The position numbers were made by a program, and so were the translations under genes. A stretch of 61,607 bases of DNA, counting the filler, from Bdellovibrionota bacterium (GTDB lineage Bacteria; Bdellovibrionota; Bdellovibrionia; Bdellovibrionales; JAEYZS01), in assembly GCA_963169515.1 (NCBI GenBank). It is 5 parts of 5 records of this genome, joined end to end, with 100 filler letters (N's around TTAATTAATTAA, not from the genome) between each part and the next. Parts side by side here need not be neighbours in the genome. Positions count along the whole stretch, not along the records: positions 57,425 to 61,607 come from CAUJEF010000116.1; 4 more parts are not named here. One strand, 5' to 3'. Under the pieces are notes generated by a model. It was not told where the DNA came from and did no database searches. It saw only the letters and a list, made by a program, of their open reading frames with translations. This document shows, piece after piece, positions 60,716-61,607 of the stretch; the first letter of the stretch is position 1; the number at the start of each line of letters is the position of its first letter.

Positions 60716-61607
60716 TTGTGAAGATCGGCTAGATCCCGGTGCGCCTGTTTGGTATTGTTGCCAAACAGAATTTTTGGAAGATCTTTGATATGTTTAATCC
60801 AAGTCACAAATTTCAAACTGTCTGAAGGCAAATCTTTTAAATGTTTTTGATTCGATAACGGAATAATAAATTTATTAAAACCCAACTTCAGAGCTTCTTT
60901 TAATCTGGTTTCGGCTTGTGCGACAGCGCGAACTTCTCCAGTCAAGCCAATCTCTCCAAACAAACACAGTTTTGGGTTCATTTCTTGAAAACCTTCAGAC
61001 GAAATTAAACTTGCAGCGACAGAAAGATCGGCCGCAGGTTCTGACACCTTTAATCCGCCTACAATATTTACATAAATATCTTTGTGGGAAAAATCCATAT
61101 CCAAATGCTTGTCCAGAACAGCTAATATTAAATGAACCCGTTGGGCATCAAATCCGATAGCTGTTCTACGTGGCATGGCTAGGTTTGTTGAATTAGTGAG
61201 AGCTTGAATTTCACAAAGTATAGGTCGACTTCCCTCCATTGATGCAAAAATGGATGAACCGATGAGCTCTTCACCACGTTCTTCTAAAAACAATTCTGAA
61301 GGATTCGTAACCTCAACCAGGCCCCCCTGATGCATTTGAAATACCCCAAGTTCGTTCGTCGTTCCGAATCGATTTTTTAACGCTCGCAGCAGGCGAAATT
61401 GATAATTGACGTCGCCTTCGAATGATAAAACAGTGTCGACCATATGTTCTAGCGTCCGAGGGCCGGCAATGCTCCCATCTTTTGTTACATGGCCGATTAA
61501 AAATACAGACATATTCGATTTTTTTGCAAGGGTCATCAGACGTGCGCTACATTCGCGCACTTGAGACACAGTTCCGGGTGCCGATTGAATTTCAGGCAAG
61601 TAAACTG
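60712..61607 (-). CDS. radA: DNA repair protein RadA/Sms, 5'-partial
   Basis: GHVTKDG, LEHMVD, KNRFG, EPAADL, GEIGLTGE. Confidence 0.96.
   Translation of the reverse strand, partial: VYLPEIQSAPGTVSQVRECSARLMTLAKKSNMSVFLIGHVTKDGSIAGPRTLEHMVDTVLSFEGDVNYQFRLLRALKNRFGTTNELGVFQMHQGGLVEVTNPSELFLEERGEELIGSSIFASMEGSRPILCEIQALTNSTNLAMPRRTAIGFDAQRVHLILAVLDKHLDMDFSHKDIYVNIVGGLKVSEPAADLSVAASLISSEGFQEMNPKLCLFGEIGLTGEVRAVAQAETRLKEALKLGFNKFIIPLSNQKHLKDLPSDSLKFVTWIKHIKDLPKILFGNNTKQAHRDLADLHN

Noticed and set aside
1..61607. CRISPR array, cas genes, rRNA, integrase or phage structural genes
   Set aside because: I saw no regularly spaced direct repeats and no recognisable motifs for these

Overview
Bacterial draft genome or MAG sequence, probably Bdellovibrionota/Oligoflexia. 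This is inferred from a Bdellovibrio-type histone-fold gene, a deltaproteobacterial-type pilin, RNase Y and many Cys-rich secreted proteins. The window joins 5 contig pieces with four artificial 100-bp linkers (N44-TTAATTAATTAA-N44), so synteny across linkers means nothing. Contig 1 (1-24008) holds a trehalose operon (membrane-anchored OtsA, OtsB, MarR, GH15), a decaying toxin-antitoxin islet at tRNA-Arg(UCG), a NYN nuclease, fur, queF, iscS-iscA, a zinc-finger-fused bacterial histone, fabH, the zapA-ygfA-rny-tyrS-ferredoxin operon, a perfect 35-bp-arm palindrome, a Na/Pi transporter and ftsY. Contig 2 holds a UvrD/Rep helicase, a Y1 (RAYT-like) transposase, a MATE pump and bolA. Contig 3 holds an OmpR-family two-component system followed by a candidate sRNA, a type III PKS, an aldehyde dehydrogenase, an LplT-acyltransferase fusion, an RHH-RelE TA pair, a POT transporter, a thiolase and pirin. 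Contig 4 holds a partial tRNA-His, rmuC, a Trx-TPR protein, dnaJ-dnaK, GT-C-like genes and the pilin locus. Contig 5 holds glpK, secreted proteins and radA. The best leads are the sensor-like transmembrane trehalose-6-P synthase operon, the Zn-finger histone, the candidate two-component-regulated sRNA, the NYN-tRNA(UCG) unit and the REP-like palindromes. All calls come from reading motifs by eye; no searches were run.
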